Part shown: positions 25,625 to 33,587 of the stretch, one piece after another
Layout: every line of letters starts with the position of its first letter
How positions within the stretch are numbered: position 1 is the first letter of the stretch
Virus record (IMG/VR): IMGVR_UViG_3300048625_000299
Span: 69,679 to 133,678 of that record
DNA from: a virus
Length of the DNA stretch: 64,000 nt
Strand: one strand, 5' to 3'
Program-made: the position numbers and the translations under genes
Notes under the pieces: model-generated
What the model was told of the DNA's origin: nothing
The model's input: the letters and a program-made list of their open reading frames with translations, nothing else
Databases searched by the model: none

Positions 25625-26148
25625 CGCCACTATCGGAACACCTCAGACGACGACACTTGGATATTGAGCTCCACCGTCCAGTGATAGACGAGGTGGATAG
25701 AATTGCTACGTTCTATTTGTGGAACCTCAGCGGTGCGATTGTAGGATTCCAGCAATACCGTCCAGAGGGCGAAAAGAAGATCAACAACAATCCCAAAGAA
25801 GGCAAGTACTACACCTATAAGAAGCAACCTACGATTGCAGTATGGGGCGTAGAATCGCTTTACCTCTCACCGCACGTAGTGTTTATTACGGAAGGTGTAT
25901 TCGACGCTGCTAGGCTGACTGAACGAGGATATAGCGCGTTGGCAATGTTGACTAATAATCCAACATCAGACTACCGCAATTGGTTGACATTCTTGAACAG
26001 AACTGTTGTTGCAGTATGTGATAATGATAAGGCTGGCAAGAAGCTAGCAGCATTTGGTGATGTTGCAATCTTCACCGAAGACAAAGACCTTGGTGATAGT
26101 GATGATGAATATGTCACCAACTTGCTATTGCCATACAAATTGGACTAA
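25621..26148 (+). CDS. Standalone Toprim-domain protein
   Basis: VVFITEGVFDA (catalytic Glu) ... VVAVCDNDKAGKK (DxD). ATGA-coupled. Confidence 0.65.
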   Translation: MTPLSEHLRRRHLDIELHRPVIDEVDRIATFYLWNLSGAIVGFQQYRPEGEKKINNNPKEGKYYTYKKQPTIAVWGVESLYLSPHVVFITEGVFDAARLTERGYSALAMLTNNPTSDYRNWLTFLNRTVVAVCDNDKAGKKLAAFGDVAIFTEDKDLGDSDDEYVTNLLLPYKLD

Positions 26149-26156
26149 AGGATAAT

Positions 26157-26723
26157 ATGGTTATGAAAACATTTATTACAAGCGATATCCATTTCGGACA
26201 CAAGAACATTATGAGCTTCTGTCCAGTATCACGTGCTCGCTTCAAGGGCGACGTGGACTACATGAACGCTCAGATCATCCAAGACTGGAACAATATGATT
26301 GGTCCAGACGACTTGGTGTATATCTTGGGCGACGTTGCATTCTGCTCATGGGAGAAGGCTGTTGGCTTCTTGCGTTCGATGAACGGTCGCAAGATTTTGA
26401 TCAAGGGTAACCATGACAGCAAGCTCGTCAAGAGTCCAGAGTTCGTTGCCTGCTTCGAAAGCATTCACGACTACTTGACAATCACATACAATGGCACTCG
26501 AGTGTCGATGTTCCACTATCCAATTGCTGAGTGGGATCAGATGCATCGAGGTGCTGTCCACTTCTATGGTCACTTGCATGGTGGCACTAGCGGATTGGAA
26601 AAGTACCGAGCAATCGATGTTGGTATGGATGGCAATATGTGCTACCCACATGACATGGATGTTGCTGTGGCAACTGCATTGAAAGGTGAAATCAAAAAGC
26701 ACCATGACAAATATGGGAACTAA
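26157..26723 (+). CDS. Calcineurin-like metallophosphoesterase (2',3'-phosphoesterase candidate of an RNA repair Pnkp)
   Basis: DIHFGH, ILGDVAF and KGNHDSK match the metallophosphatase motifs I-III. Confidence 0.75.
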   Translation: MVMKTFITSDIHFGHKNIMSFCPVSRARFKGDVDYMNAQIIQDWNNMIGPDDLVYILGDVAFCSWEKAVGFLRSMNGRKILIKGNHDSKLVKSPEFVACFESIHDYLTITYNGTRVSMFHYPIAEWDQMHRGAVHFYGHLHGGTSGLEKYRAIDVGMDGNMCYPHDMDVAVATALKGEIKKHHDKYGN

Positions 26724-26724
26724 T

Positions 26725-27195
26725 ATGAGCAAATTAAAATGCATTCAATTGGTTGGCGTGCCTGGATCAGGAAAGTCAACGTGGATTAAAACACAAACGA
26801 TGATCGACAACTTCGTTGTTGCGTCTACGGACAACTTTGTTGAGCAGCATGCTGCTAGCGAAGGTAAGACGTATAACGAAGTGTTCAAGGATTACATGCC
26901 GATTGCTGTAAGGTTGATGGCGAATCAGGTGTTAGTTGCGCAAGCGAATAACAAGAACATCATCTGGGATCAGACGTCCATGAGCGTTGCATCTCGTAAG
27001 AAGAAGTTCAACACGATTCCTAACTACGAGCACATCGCTGTTGTGTTCCCTGTTCCTGGTGAGGAAGAGCTGGCACGTCGCTTGGCAAGCCGTCCAGGAA
27101 AGTTGATTCCAGATCACGTTATGAAAAGCATGATCGATAGCTTTGAGATGCCGACCCTCGAAGAAGGGTTCACTGAAGTTCACGTGTTGCTGTAA
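26725..27195 (+). CDS. P-loop polynucleotide 5'-kinase (T4 Pnk kinase-domain-like)
   Basis: IQLVGVPGSGKSTWIK resembles the T4 Pnk N-terminal GCPGSGKST. ATG lies 2 nt after the upstream stop (track start 26686 rejected). Confidence 0.65.
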   Translation: MSKLKCIQLVGVPGSGKSTWIKTQTMIDNFVVASTDNFVEQHAASEGKTYNEVFKDYMPIAVRLMANQVLVAQANNKNIIWDQTSMSVASRKKKFNTIPNYEHIAVVFPVPGEEELARRLASRPGKLIPDHVMKSMIDSFEMPTLEEGFTEVHVLL

Positions 27196-27206
27196 GGAGT
27201 ATTGAA

Positions 27207-27467
27207 ATGGTGGTGTTTCCAAAGGAGTTCGTTGCGATTCGTTATCCAGGATACTTCTGGCACACAGTCGAGAAGCGCTTGTACACGATTAAAGTGTCTG
27301 GCGAACTCCGTCCATTGAAATTCTGCCGTGGTGGTACGTTCTATGGCAAAACAATTGAGCCTGGTTATCGTGTAAGTGTGCAAGGTGTACGTAAGAAAGT
27401 ATCGATGACCTATCTGGGTAGCATTGGCAACTCATGGGTACAACAAGAGATTCCATATGAAAGTTAA
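27207..27467 (+). CDS. Hypothetical protein
   Basis: ORF track. Confidence 0.4.
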   Translation: MVVFPKEFVAIRYPGYFWHTVEKRLYTIKVSGELRPLKFCRGGTFYGKTIEPGYRVSVQGVRKKVSMTYLGSIGNSWVQQEIPYES

Positions 27468-28344
27468 TTCAGCATCACTGAAGAAGTTCGTTGAAGAAAA
27501 TCCAAAGCTGGTATCTCGTCGTCCAGCCGGTGATGGCATCTACGTCCTGAAATACAAAAAGACTGTATTCTATGATGGTCTGTGGAACGATTACTTAGAA
27601 GAGTGTCGTGGTACGATTGTGGATGAAGATTACAACATCGTGTCATACCCATTCACGAAGGTATACAACTATGGCGTAGAAGCGAAGTCCCCTGTACTAG
27701 ATGGCAGTACGAAGATCAAAGCATACCGTAAAGTTAATGGCTTTATGGTCGCTGTAACGTGGCATAAAGACGATATCCTTGTGTCAACTACAGGATCAAC
27801 GGACTCCGATTATGTAAAAATGGCTCGTGAGTTTATCGATCGTGATTTGGATCTATACCGTGCTTGGTGTAAGGAATATTCGACATACACATTCATGTTT
27901 GAATGTGTCCATAAGGATGATCCGCACATCATTCCAGAAGTGGAAGGGATGTATTTGCTAGGACACCGTCCAAAGTTCTTTGGTTCACCAATTGGTGTGT
28001 CTGACGATATGCATAAGGCATTCAACTGCCATTCGGTTGAAGCAATTGAGTGTACGTTAGATACACTACGTTCGTTAGCTAAGACAGTGAAACACGAAGG
28101 GTTTGTATTATATACGTTGGACGGCATGATAGGCTCTAAGATCAAGAGTCCACATTACCTAGTGTCTAAGTTTGTTGCTCGTAATCCACGAACTGACAAA
28201 TTGATGCGTCCAGATGTGAAGAAGTCACTCGATGAGGAGTATTATCCATTAATCGATGCCATCCAAGCGAACATCGATGCGTATACTGCTATGGACGAAC
28301 AGACGCGATTAGCGTGGGTGAGGGAGTTTCTTTCAACTCAATGA
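27457..28344 (+). CDS. ATP-dependent RNA ligase, Rnl1-like
   Basis: Motif I RKVNGFMV (KxNG), motif IV EGFVLYT, motif V GSKIKSPHY. ATG with SD aagaga preferred over the track's TTG at 27424. Confidence 0.65.
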   Translation: MKVNSASLKKFVEENPKLVSRRPAGDGIYVLKYKKTVFYDGLWNDYLEECRGTIVDEDYNIVSYPFTKVYNYGVEAKSPVLDGSTKIKAYRKVNGFMVAVTWHKDDILVSTTGSTDSDYVKMAREFIDRDLDLYRAWCKEYSTYTFMFECVHKDDPHIIPEVEGMYLLGHRPKFFGSPIGVSDDMHKAFNCHSVEAIECTLDTLRSLAKTVKHEGFVLYTLDGMIGSKIKSPHYLVSKFVARNPRTDKLMRPDVKKSLDEEYYPLIDAIQANIDAYTAMDEQTRLAWVREFLSTQ

Positions 28345-28993
28345 GGATTCTTCTAGCAAGAGCGTTTCGCGATGCTTTGCTAGGGGAGCCAAGAATCACG
28401 ATGATGTGTTCGTTGGTCGTCATTGCGATACACCAACCTGCAGCATTAGTGAATCCAGTCTTTGACCCAGTAATATGGGTAAACTCTTTTAACAGAGCAT
28501 AGTTGGTATTTTGAATGAGGGCCAGATGAGCCCTCTTTCCTTTGGGCTCTATAACTTGAACAGTGGGTGCTGCTGCCGCTCTTATTTCTGCATACTTGGT
28601 AGCATGTGCTATTAAGATAGCGATGTCGACTGCTGTAGAAGTGTTCATGCCGAGCCCAGACGGATCGACGAACTTTGTATCATTCATTCCAAGCTGCTTT
28701 GCTTTGAAATTCATCAGATGGATGAATTGTGGTCTGCCATAGATTGCAGCCAACTTCTCGGCGGATTTGTTGTTGCTTTGTACGAGCATTGTGTCGATTA
28801 AGTAGCGATCATCGATGCCAAGTTCGATTGCTATGATTGCTGTCATCAGCTTCGTGATACTAGCTAGCGGACGTTGTGATGATTCATCTTGCTTCGCTAC
28901 TACCCGATTGTGCTTCATATCAAACACAAACACTGACTCCTTAGCGAACGCTGGCGCAGCAAGCAGCAGTAGAGTGAGTAGTAGTTTCTTCAT
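28289..28993 (-). CDS. Secreted low-molecular-weight penicillin-binding-protein-like DD-peptidase (PBP7/PbpG-like, peptidase S11 core)
   Basis: Signal peptide MKKLLLTLLLLAAPAFA. Motifs SITK (SxxK), SNN (SxN) and KTGFT (KTG). Confidence 0.75.
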   Translation of the reverse strand: MKKLLLTLLLLAAPAFAKESVFVFDMKHNRVVAKQDESSQRPLASITKLMTAIIAIELGIDDRYLIDTMLVQSNNKSAEKLAAIYGRPQFIHLMNFKAKQLGMNDTKFVDPSGLGMNTSTAVDIAILIAHATKYAEIRAAAAPTVQVIEPKGKRAHLALIQNTNYALLKEFTHITGSKTGFTNAAGWCIAMTTNEHIIVILGSPSKASRNALARRILIELKETPSPTLIASVRP

Positions 28994-29101
28994 ATATTAG
29001 TACCCCGTTTATGTCCTCCCACCTGGCGTAGTGGGATGTAGTAGGACGGGGTCACTCCTTTTACACCTGTCGTAAGTTTAACGGTCCTAAGGCAGGTATG
29101 T

Positions 29102-30766
29102 TTATAGTGCAATCTGCGACACAGTCACAATTACAGACGGAATTGCAGGACAGAAGGCAGTTGCTGCAGGAGCCGCTATGAACGCTCCAAGGTTACTGAC
29201 AGCCCACATAAGCTCAAAGTAATCGTTGGTGTTCATCGATACTTGGAAGTTCCAAGATGGAACCTTATACTCTTCGTTGCCTGTAATGGTGAGTATCGAT
29301 GCTGTGTTGGGAATATCAGCGCCATTCTTTCTCGCCCATATGTATATTTCCTTTTTAGATGCTGTTTGCGAGGTAACCTGCAATGAAAACTTATAGTCGT
29401 AGAATCCAGACGCTTCTGCTACTATTCTCGTTTCATTGATGATGTGGTGTCCATTAGAGATGTCAGGAGTGCGCATCTTCACAGCATATGGAGTGTTTAT
29501 TACGGCTGCTGTCTGGCTGAGTACATCTAAGAAGGTTCCATAATACAAACGTGGATATATCGTTGGGCGAACCAGTAATATACCATCCCCACTACCTACG
29601 TGGAGTACAGCAGCAATGCTTACTACTATATTTGGTGCGTATGGTTTGACCTTTGTTAGTTTGCCAGCCATAGTCGGGTGGACGTAGAGCAAGTCGCCTT
29701 TTACCCATACTTCTCCAACGCTCGAGCCAGTCGTATCCATATCATGCACTTTACCGTTCCATGTAGCACGACCAGTGGTATTGTTTGGTAAATCGTTTGT
29801 CAATACGCCAACAGTATACAATCCATGCACAGTACCGTTAGCGATGTGTGGGACTACGATCGGTTCGTGTGCATTAGCTTCATATACGCCAGCAAACCTA
29901 ACAACAGTACCATTAGGCATAGTAGTACCGCTCTCGTTGCGGACGCGTATGTAGTGCTCCAGACCTGTTTGTAATGTGGATCCATCAGCGTGGTGAATGT
30001 CCAAACAATCCTCATCAGGATTCCAAGCAACTTGACCTGCAACAAGACTGACGTCTGGTCCTATAGTATTGTATCTTGTTGTCTTGATTGGTCCTATATC
30101 TTCGGTGAACTGTACTTTCTTAGTCGCAGCGTCATATTCCAATACCCAGTTATCATTTGTGGTATTCATTGTGCCACGATTAACATCATCGAGGTAGCGG
30201 AATAGTACCTCACCGCCGCCAGGGCCAGCCATGCTGATTTTGCTAACCCATCCTTCAAGCAATTTCAACTTGTTTTGGATTGCCTGGATGTCCCTACCCG
30301 TAGCAGCGGGCTCTGGTTGTACGAACATCGAAGGTGCAGTTGTGTCTGTCAGTCTCTTTGCTGCTGCATCCGCCAACGATGGTGTTTCGGGCGGAGCAAG
30401 TATTGCAGACTTCTCGACCAACTCATCGAACTGTTGATCCTCAACCACTTCTTCAGTTATAGTCACTTGTCGATCATCGGATTCCGGCTTTATGGATTCA
30501 ATGTGTTCTAGGACATTGGTAAAGCGGTCAAGCAGTGCCTGCTCTTCTTCTGTTTTCTTTTTGTCTTCTGCGACGAGCTTATTGATGTCCTTAGCGAGGT
30601 CTGTGAACAGCGATTTGAACGCTGTCTTGCGCTCCTCCTGCATCGCAAGCTGTCTATCCTCTTTCAGCTGCTCTGCAGCGATTTGGTCATAGATTGACTG
30701 CTCAGTTTGTACGCCGAGCTTTTCATTCATCTTGACTATTAATCGTAATTCTTTTAGCTTATTCAT
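29102..30766 (-). CDS. Large protein with an N-terminal coiled coil and a C-terminal beta-rich domain (candidate virion fibre or adhesin)
   Basis: 554 aa. Residues 1-120 are heptad-like and charged. The C-terminal 350 aa are G/T/N/V-rich. No catalytic motif recognised. Confidence 0.5.
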   Translation of the reverse strand: MNKLKELRLIVKMNEKLGVQTEQSIYDQIAAEQLKEDRQLAMQEERKTAFKSLFTDLAKDINKLVAEDKKKTEEEQALLDRFTNVLEHIESIKPESDDRQVTITEEVVEDQQFDELVEKSAILAPPETPSLADAAAKRLTDTTAPSMFVQPEPAATGRDIQAIQNKLKLLEGWVSKISMAGPGGGEVLFRYLDDVNRGTMNTTNDNWVLEYDAATKKVQFTEDIGPIKTTRYNTIGPDVSLVAGQVAWNPDEDCLDIHHADGSTLQTGLEHYIRVRNESGTTMPNGTVVRFAGVYEANAHEPIVVPHIANGTVHGLYTVGVLTNDLPNNTTGRATWNGKVHDMDTTGSSVGEVWVKGDLLYVHPTMAGKLTKVKPYAPNIVVSIAAVLHVGSGDGILLVRPTIYPRLYYGTFLDVLSQTAAVINTPYAVKMRTPDISNGHHIINETRIVAEASGFYDYKFSLQVTSQTASKKEIYIWARKNGADIPNTASILTITGNEEYKVPSWNFQVSMNTNDYFELMWAVSNLGAFIAAPAATAFCPAIPSVIVTVSQIAL

Positions 30767-30823
30767 AGCAATTATTTATCTGTTGCCAAACACACTGGTC
30801 TACGATACAATTATTCCCATCAC

Positions 30824-30831
30824 TATAAATC
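30824..30831 (+). promoter_or_regulatory. Late-promoter-like element TATAAATC, 13 nt upstream of the 30844 ATG
   Basis: cacTATAAATcAAGGAGttttcaATG. One mismatch to the T4 late consensus TATAAATA. Confidence 0.3.
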
Positions 30832-30843
30832 AAGGAGTTTTCA

Positions 30844-31218
30844 ATGTTTTTTTTCAATTGCCGCGCAGAGCTTGATCAAGCGTTGTACGAAAACAAATGT
30901 CTTAAAGAGAAGGTCGAGCGCCTCGAGAACCGAATCATCCAGATCAATAAAGATCTCGCTGATGCTGAGAAGGCTGATGTCACCTCATCGACGTTCACAA
31001 TCGATTTCAACAAGATGGACGTGTTCTCGATCGAACGCCATATTAAAGGCGACAAAGCTGTGACTATCGTTGGCCACTTCTTGCAAGAACCTGTCAAAGT
31101 AAACAACGACGTCTTCACATTGAACAAAATCACACGCGAGTGGAATCTGTCGTGCAGCCAAGAACAGCACGAGCGCTTGGTCAAAGATTTCACTGAATTC
31201 AAGAAGAAGCAAAAATGA
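30844..31218 (+). CDS. Hypothetical coiled-coil protein
   Basis: ORF track. Confidence 0.5.
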   Translation: MFFFNCRAELDQALYENKCLKEKVERLENRIIQINKDLADAEKADVTSSTFTIDFNKMDVFSIERHIKGDKAVTIVGHFLQEPVKVNNDVFTLNKITREWNLSCSQEQHERLVKDFTEFKKKQK

Positions 31219-31391
31219 TTAGAATGATCCTGACCTTCGTGGTCCTGTTTGGTTGTTTCTTCTTCGGAATCAACGCAGTACGCCACATGAGTGGCAAAGA
31301 CCAACTTGAGTTGGCAAAGTTGATCGCACACAGTACAATGTGCTCTGTGCTTACGGTAATGGTCCTTATTGGATTCGTTATCTTGTTTTAA
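31215..31391 (+). CDS. Small two-TM membrane protein (58 aa)
   Basis: ATGA-coupled. MIRMILTFVVLFGCFFFGI ... VLTVMVLIGFVILF. Below the track cut-off. Confidence 0.4.
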   Translation: MIRMILTFVVLFGCFFFGINAVRHMSGKDQLELAKLIAHSTMCSVLTVMVLIGFVILF

Positions 31392-31409
31392 CTACCATAA
31401 AGGTATCAT

Positions 31410-31595
31410 ATGAAATATTTGGTTTTGATTCTCGCTGCAGCAGCTTTGACTGGCTGTGGTAAGATTGACCGCATGTTCGCATCATTCACTGGTGATGCAT
31501 CGAAGACGTGTGTCGATGGTGTTACGTATCTCCAGTTCACATCTGGTGCTGCTCCTCAATACACAATTGACGGCAAACTTGTTTCTTGCAAGTGA
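31410..31595 (+). CDS. Small lipoprotein
   Basis: MKYLVLILAAAALTGCGK (lipobox). Confidence 0.5.
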   Translation: MKYLVLILAAAALTGCGKIDRMFASFTGDASKTCVDGVTYLQFTSGAAPQYTIDGKLVSCK

Positions 31596-31606
31596 AAGGC
31601 AAATAA

Positions 31607-32398
31607 ATGAAACGCATTTTTATTTTGGCTACGATTTTGTTCGGGATGTTCCTGACAGGTTGTACACGTATCGAAACTGGTACAGTCGGCTTGCGTGTCG
31701 ATATGTCACGCCAGATTCAAGGCAACGAGCTGCAGCCTGGCACTTGGAACCAAACATTGATCGGTAGTGTGCTTGAATTTCAAGTACGATCGATTCCAAC
31801 AGGTTGGGAAAACCTAACCCCACAAACTGCAGACAACTCTACATTGAAAGATTTCGACGTCAACATTGTGTATGAGATCAATCCATCATCTGTCTCTGAA
31901 TTGTGGACTACACAATCACGAAGCTTTCACACATATGAGCATGGCGATTATATGTTGATGCGCAATTATATGTCTCAAGTACTGAGCTCTGCTGCAGCTA
32001 AAGCTGTCCGCAAGTACAAAGCATTGGAAGTTGCTGACAATCGTGAGAACATCGAGAAGTCGATTCACGACATCATGGTCAACATGCTAACGGAAGAAAA
32101 GCTCGAGAAAGCTCTTACTATTAGTCAGGTTCGTGTGACGAGCGCAACGCCAGCTGATGACATTGTGGCATCTGCTAATAACGCTGTCCGTGCTCAGAAC
32201 GACTTGAAGACAAAGCAAGTTGAAGTACAGATCGCTCAACAAGAAGCGATTCGTATCCAGACTCTGAACAGCAATTCGCAAGCTATTCCATACATGAACG
32301 CAATGGCTCAGATGGAAATCGCTAAAGCTATCCGTGAAGGAAAGGTACACACAATCGTCGTACCTCAAGACTTCAAGGGTATCGTGAACGTCAAGTAA
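31607..32398 (+). CDS. SPFH/band-7 (stomatin/prohibitin-like) lipoprotein
   Basis: Lipobox FLTGC. GTVGLRVDMSR...TADNSTLKDFDVNIVYEI matches the SPFH core (TkDn..v.vd..v.y.i). C-terminal coiled coil. Confidence 0.6.
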   Translation: MKRIFILATILFGMFLTGCTRIETGTVGLRVDMSRQIQGNELQPGTWNQTLIGSVLEFQVRSIPTGWENLTPQTADNSTLKDFDVNIVYEINPSSVSELWTTQSRSFHTYEHGDYMLMRNYMSQVLSSAAAKAVRKYKALEVADNRENIEKSIHDIMVNMLTEEKLEKALTISQVRVTSATPADDIVASANNAVRAQNDLKTKQVEVQIAQQEAIRIQTLNSNSQAIPYMNAMAQMEIAKAIREGKVHTIVVPQDFKGIVNVK

Positions 32399-32415
32399 AC
32401 AACAACGAGGTCGAT

Positions 32416-33150
32416 ATGAATCAAAATGTATTCCGTGCGGTATTTGGTCTGGGGGCAGTTGCAATTCTTGCAATCCTTGCTCCAATCATCTGGGCCGCGG
32501 CAAGCGCTGGCGTTGGACTGATTGCACTCGGTGTTATCGGCCTCGTTGGTATGGGCTTCATCCAAGCAATCCCATTGTTTGGACAGAAGATTGAAAACCG
32601 AATCCTTAAAGCTCGCAAGGCTGAGGCTCGTGAGAATCCGATCGAACAGTTACAAAACTTCTTGCGCCAAAAGGCTCAACAGGTTGCAGACTTTAAAACT
32701 GCAGTGACGTCGATTAACGCTCAGATCAAATCGTTGCAAGACATGGTTGCGCAGCGTAAGAAGGAACGTCCTGGATATGACGCATCTGCTCAAGAGAAGT
32801 CAATCCAAGCGATGATCGAAGCATACAATGCATTGAAACAAAAGTACGTTAACGCTGAGAATGCTCTTGCTGAATTGAAGATTGCAATTCAGGATAAGGA
32901 ATTTGAATGGAAGTTTAGCCAAGCTGGCCAAGCAGCAATGCAAAGCCTGAGTGCTTCGTCCGGTAAGGACTTGATGGAAGCGATGTTGGCAGACGAAGCA
33001 TTGAGCTCTGTGACGTCTAACTTCAACCAAGTATTCGCTGAATTAGAAATGGAAGCGCAAAACTTGACCAGTGCAAAGCAACTGAGCTTTGATTCTGGAA
33101 TGACGATCGATGTATCCGCAATTAACCTGTCAGCAAAGGTGCCAGCATGA
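32416..33150 (+). CDS. Inner-membrane protein (two N-terminal TM helices) with a long coiled-coil domain
   Basis: AVFGLGAVAILAILAPIIWAAASAGVGLIALGVIGLVGMGFIQAI, then heptad-rich sequence. Confidence 0.55.
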   Translation: MNQNVFRAVFGLGAVAILAILAPIIWAAASAGVGLIALGVIGLVGMGFIQAIPLFGQKIENRILKARKAEARENPIEQLQNFLRQKAQQVADFKTAVTSINAQIKSLQDMVAQRKKERPGYDASAQEKSIQAMIEAYNALKQKYVNAENALAELKIAIQDKEFEWKFSQAGQAAMQSLSASSGKDLMEAMLADEALSSVTSNFNQVFAELEMEAQNLTSAKQLSFDSGMTIDVSAINLSAKVPA

Positions 33151-33434
33151 ACGTATTGAAACCATTCTTAGTATTTTGGGTCCTAGTTGCCTTGTCCGTT
33201 GCTGCCTTCGCTAAAGGCGGAGGTGGCGGAGGTGGTCATGGGGGTGGTGGGCATAGTAGTGGCAGCCACGCAAGCAGCCATTCATCTAGCAGCCACACGA
33301 CATCTACAGCAAAGTCAGCACCCGCTCCAGCTCCTGTTGTAGTTCAACCAGTCCGTCCAACTCCGGTTGCCGTTCCACCAGCACGTGGGGGACAATCGGA
33401 AGAAGAAAAACGCAAGAAGCAACAAGCAAAGTAA
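33147..33434 (+). CDS. Secreted Gly/His/Ser-rich, Pro-rich low-complexity protein
   Basis: Signal/TM LVFWVLVALSVAAFA, then GGGGGGGHGGGGHSSGSHASSHSSSSH and PAPAPVVVQPVRPTPVAVPP. ATGA-coupled. Confidence 0.5.
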   Translation: MNVLKPFLVFWVLVALSVAAFAKGGGGGGGHGGGGHSSGSHASSHSSSSHTTSTAKSAPAPAPVVVQPVRPTPVAVPPARGGQSEEEKRKKQQAK

Positions 33435-33587
33435 AGGTGTAGCATGGACTTCTATAAAGTGTTAAAATATACGCTGTCGGTAGTGTTCATCATTATCGTT
33501 GGCTTAGCGATGGCAAGCATCGACGATGGCGCATCGCAACCAGTTTCTCAACAACCTCAAACCAAGTTCAACTTCTAAGGAACAAAC

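Noticed and set aside
25271-26148. Zinc-finger ORF + Toprim read together as a split DnaG-type primase
   Set aside because: The Toprim ORF is only 175 aa and nothing resembles the primase RNA-polymerase catalytic core between the putative zinc module and the Toprim. It is called a standalone Toprim protein instead.
27424-27456. TTG start for the Rnl1-like ligase
   Set aside because: An ATG with an SD-like aagaga 7 nt upstream lies 33 nt downstream and avoids a larger overlap. The TTG start is kept only as an alternative.
28994-29101. Nested inverted repeats (ccccgt...acgggg; tcccac...gtggga) between the two minus-strand genes as a terminator
   Set aside because: Not followed by a U-run on the minus strand. 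It may be an RNA structure or a processing site, but this is not supportable as a terminator.
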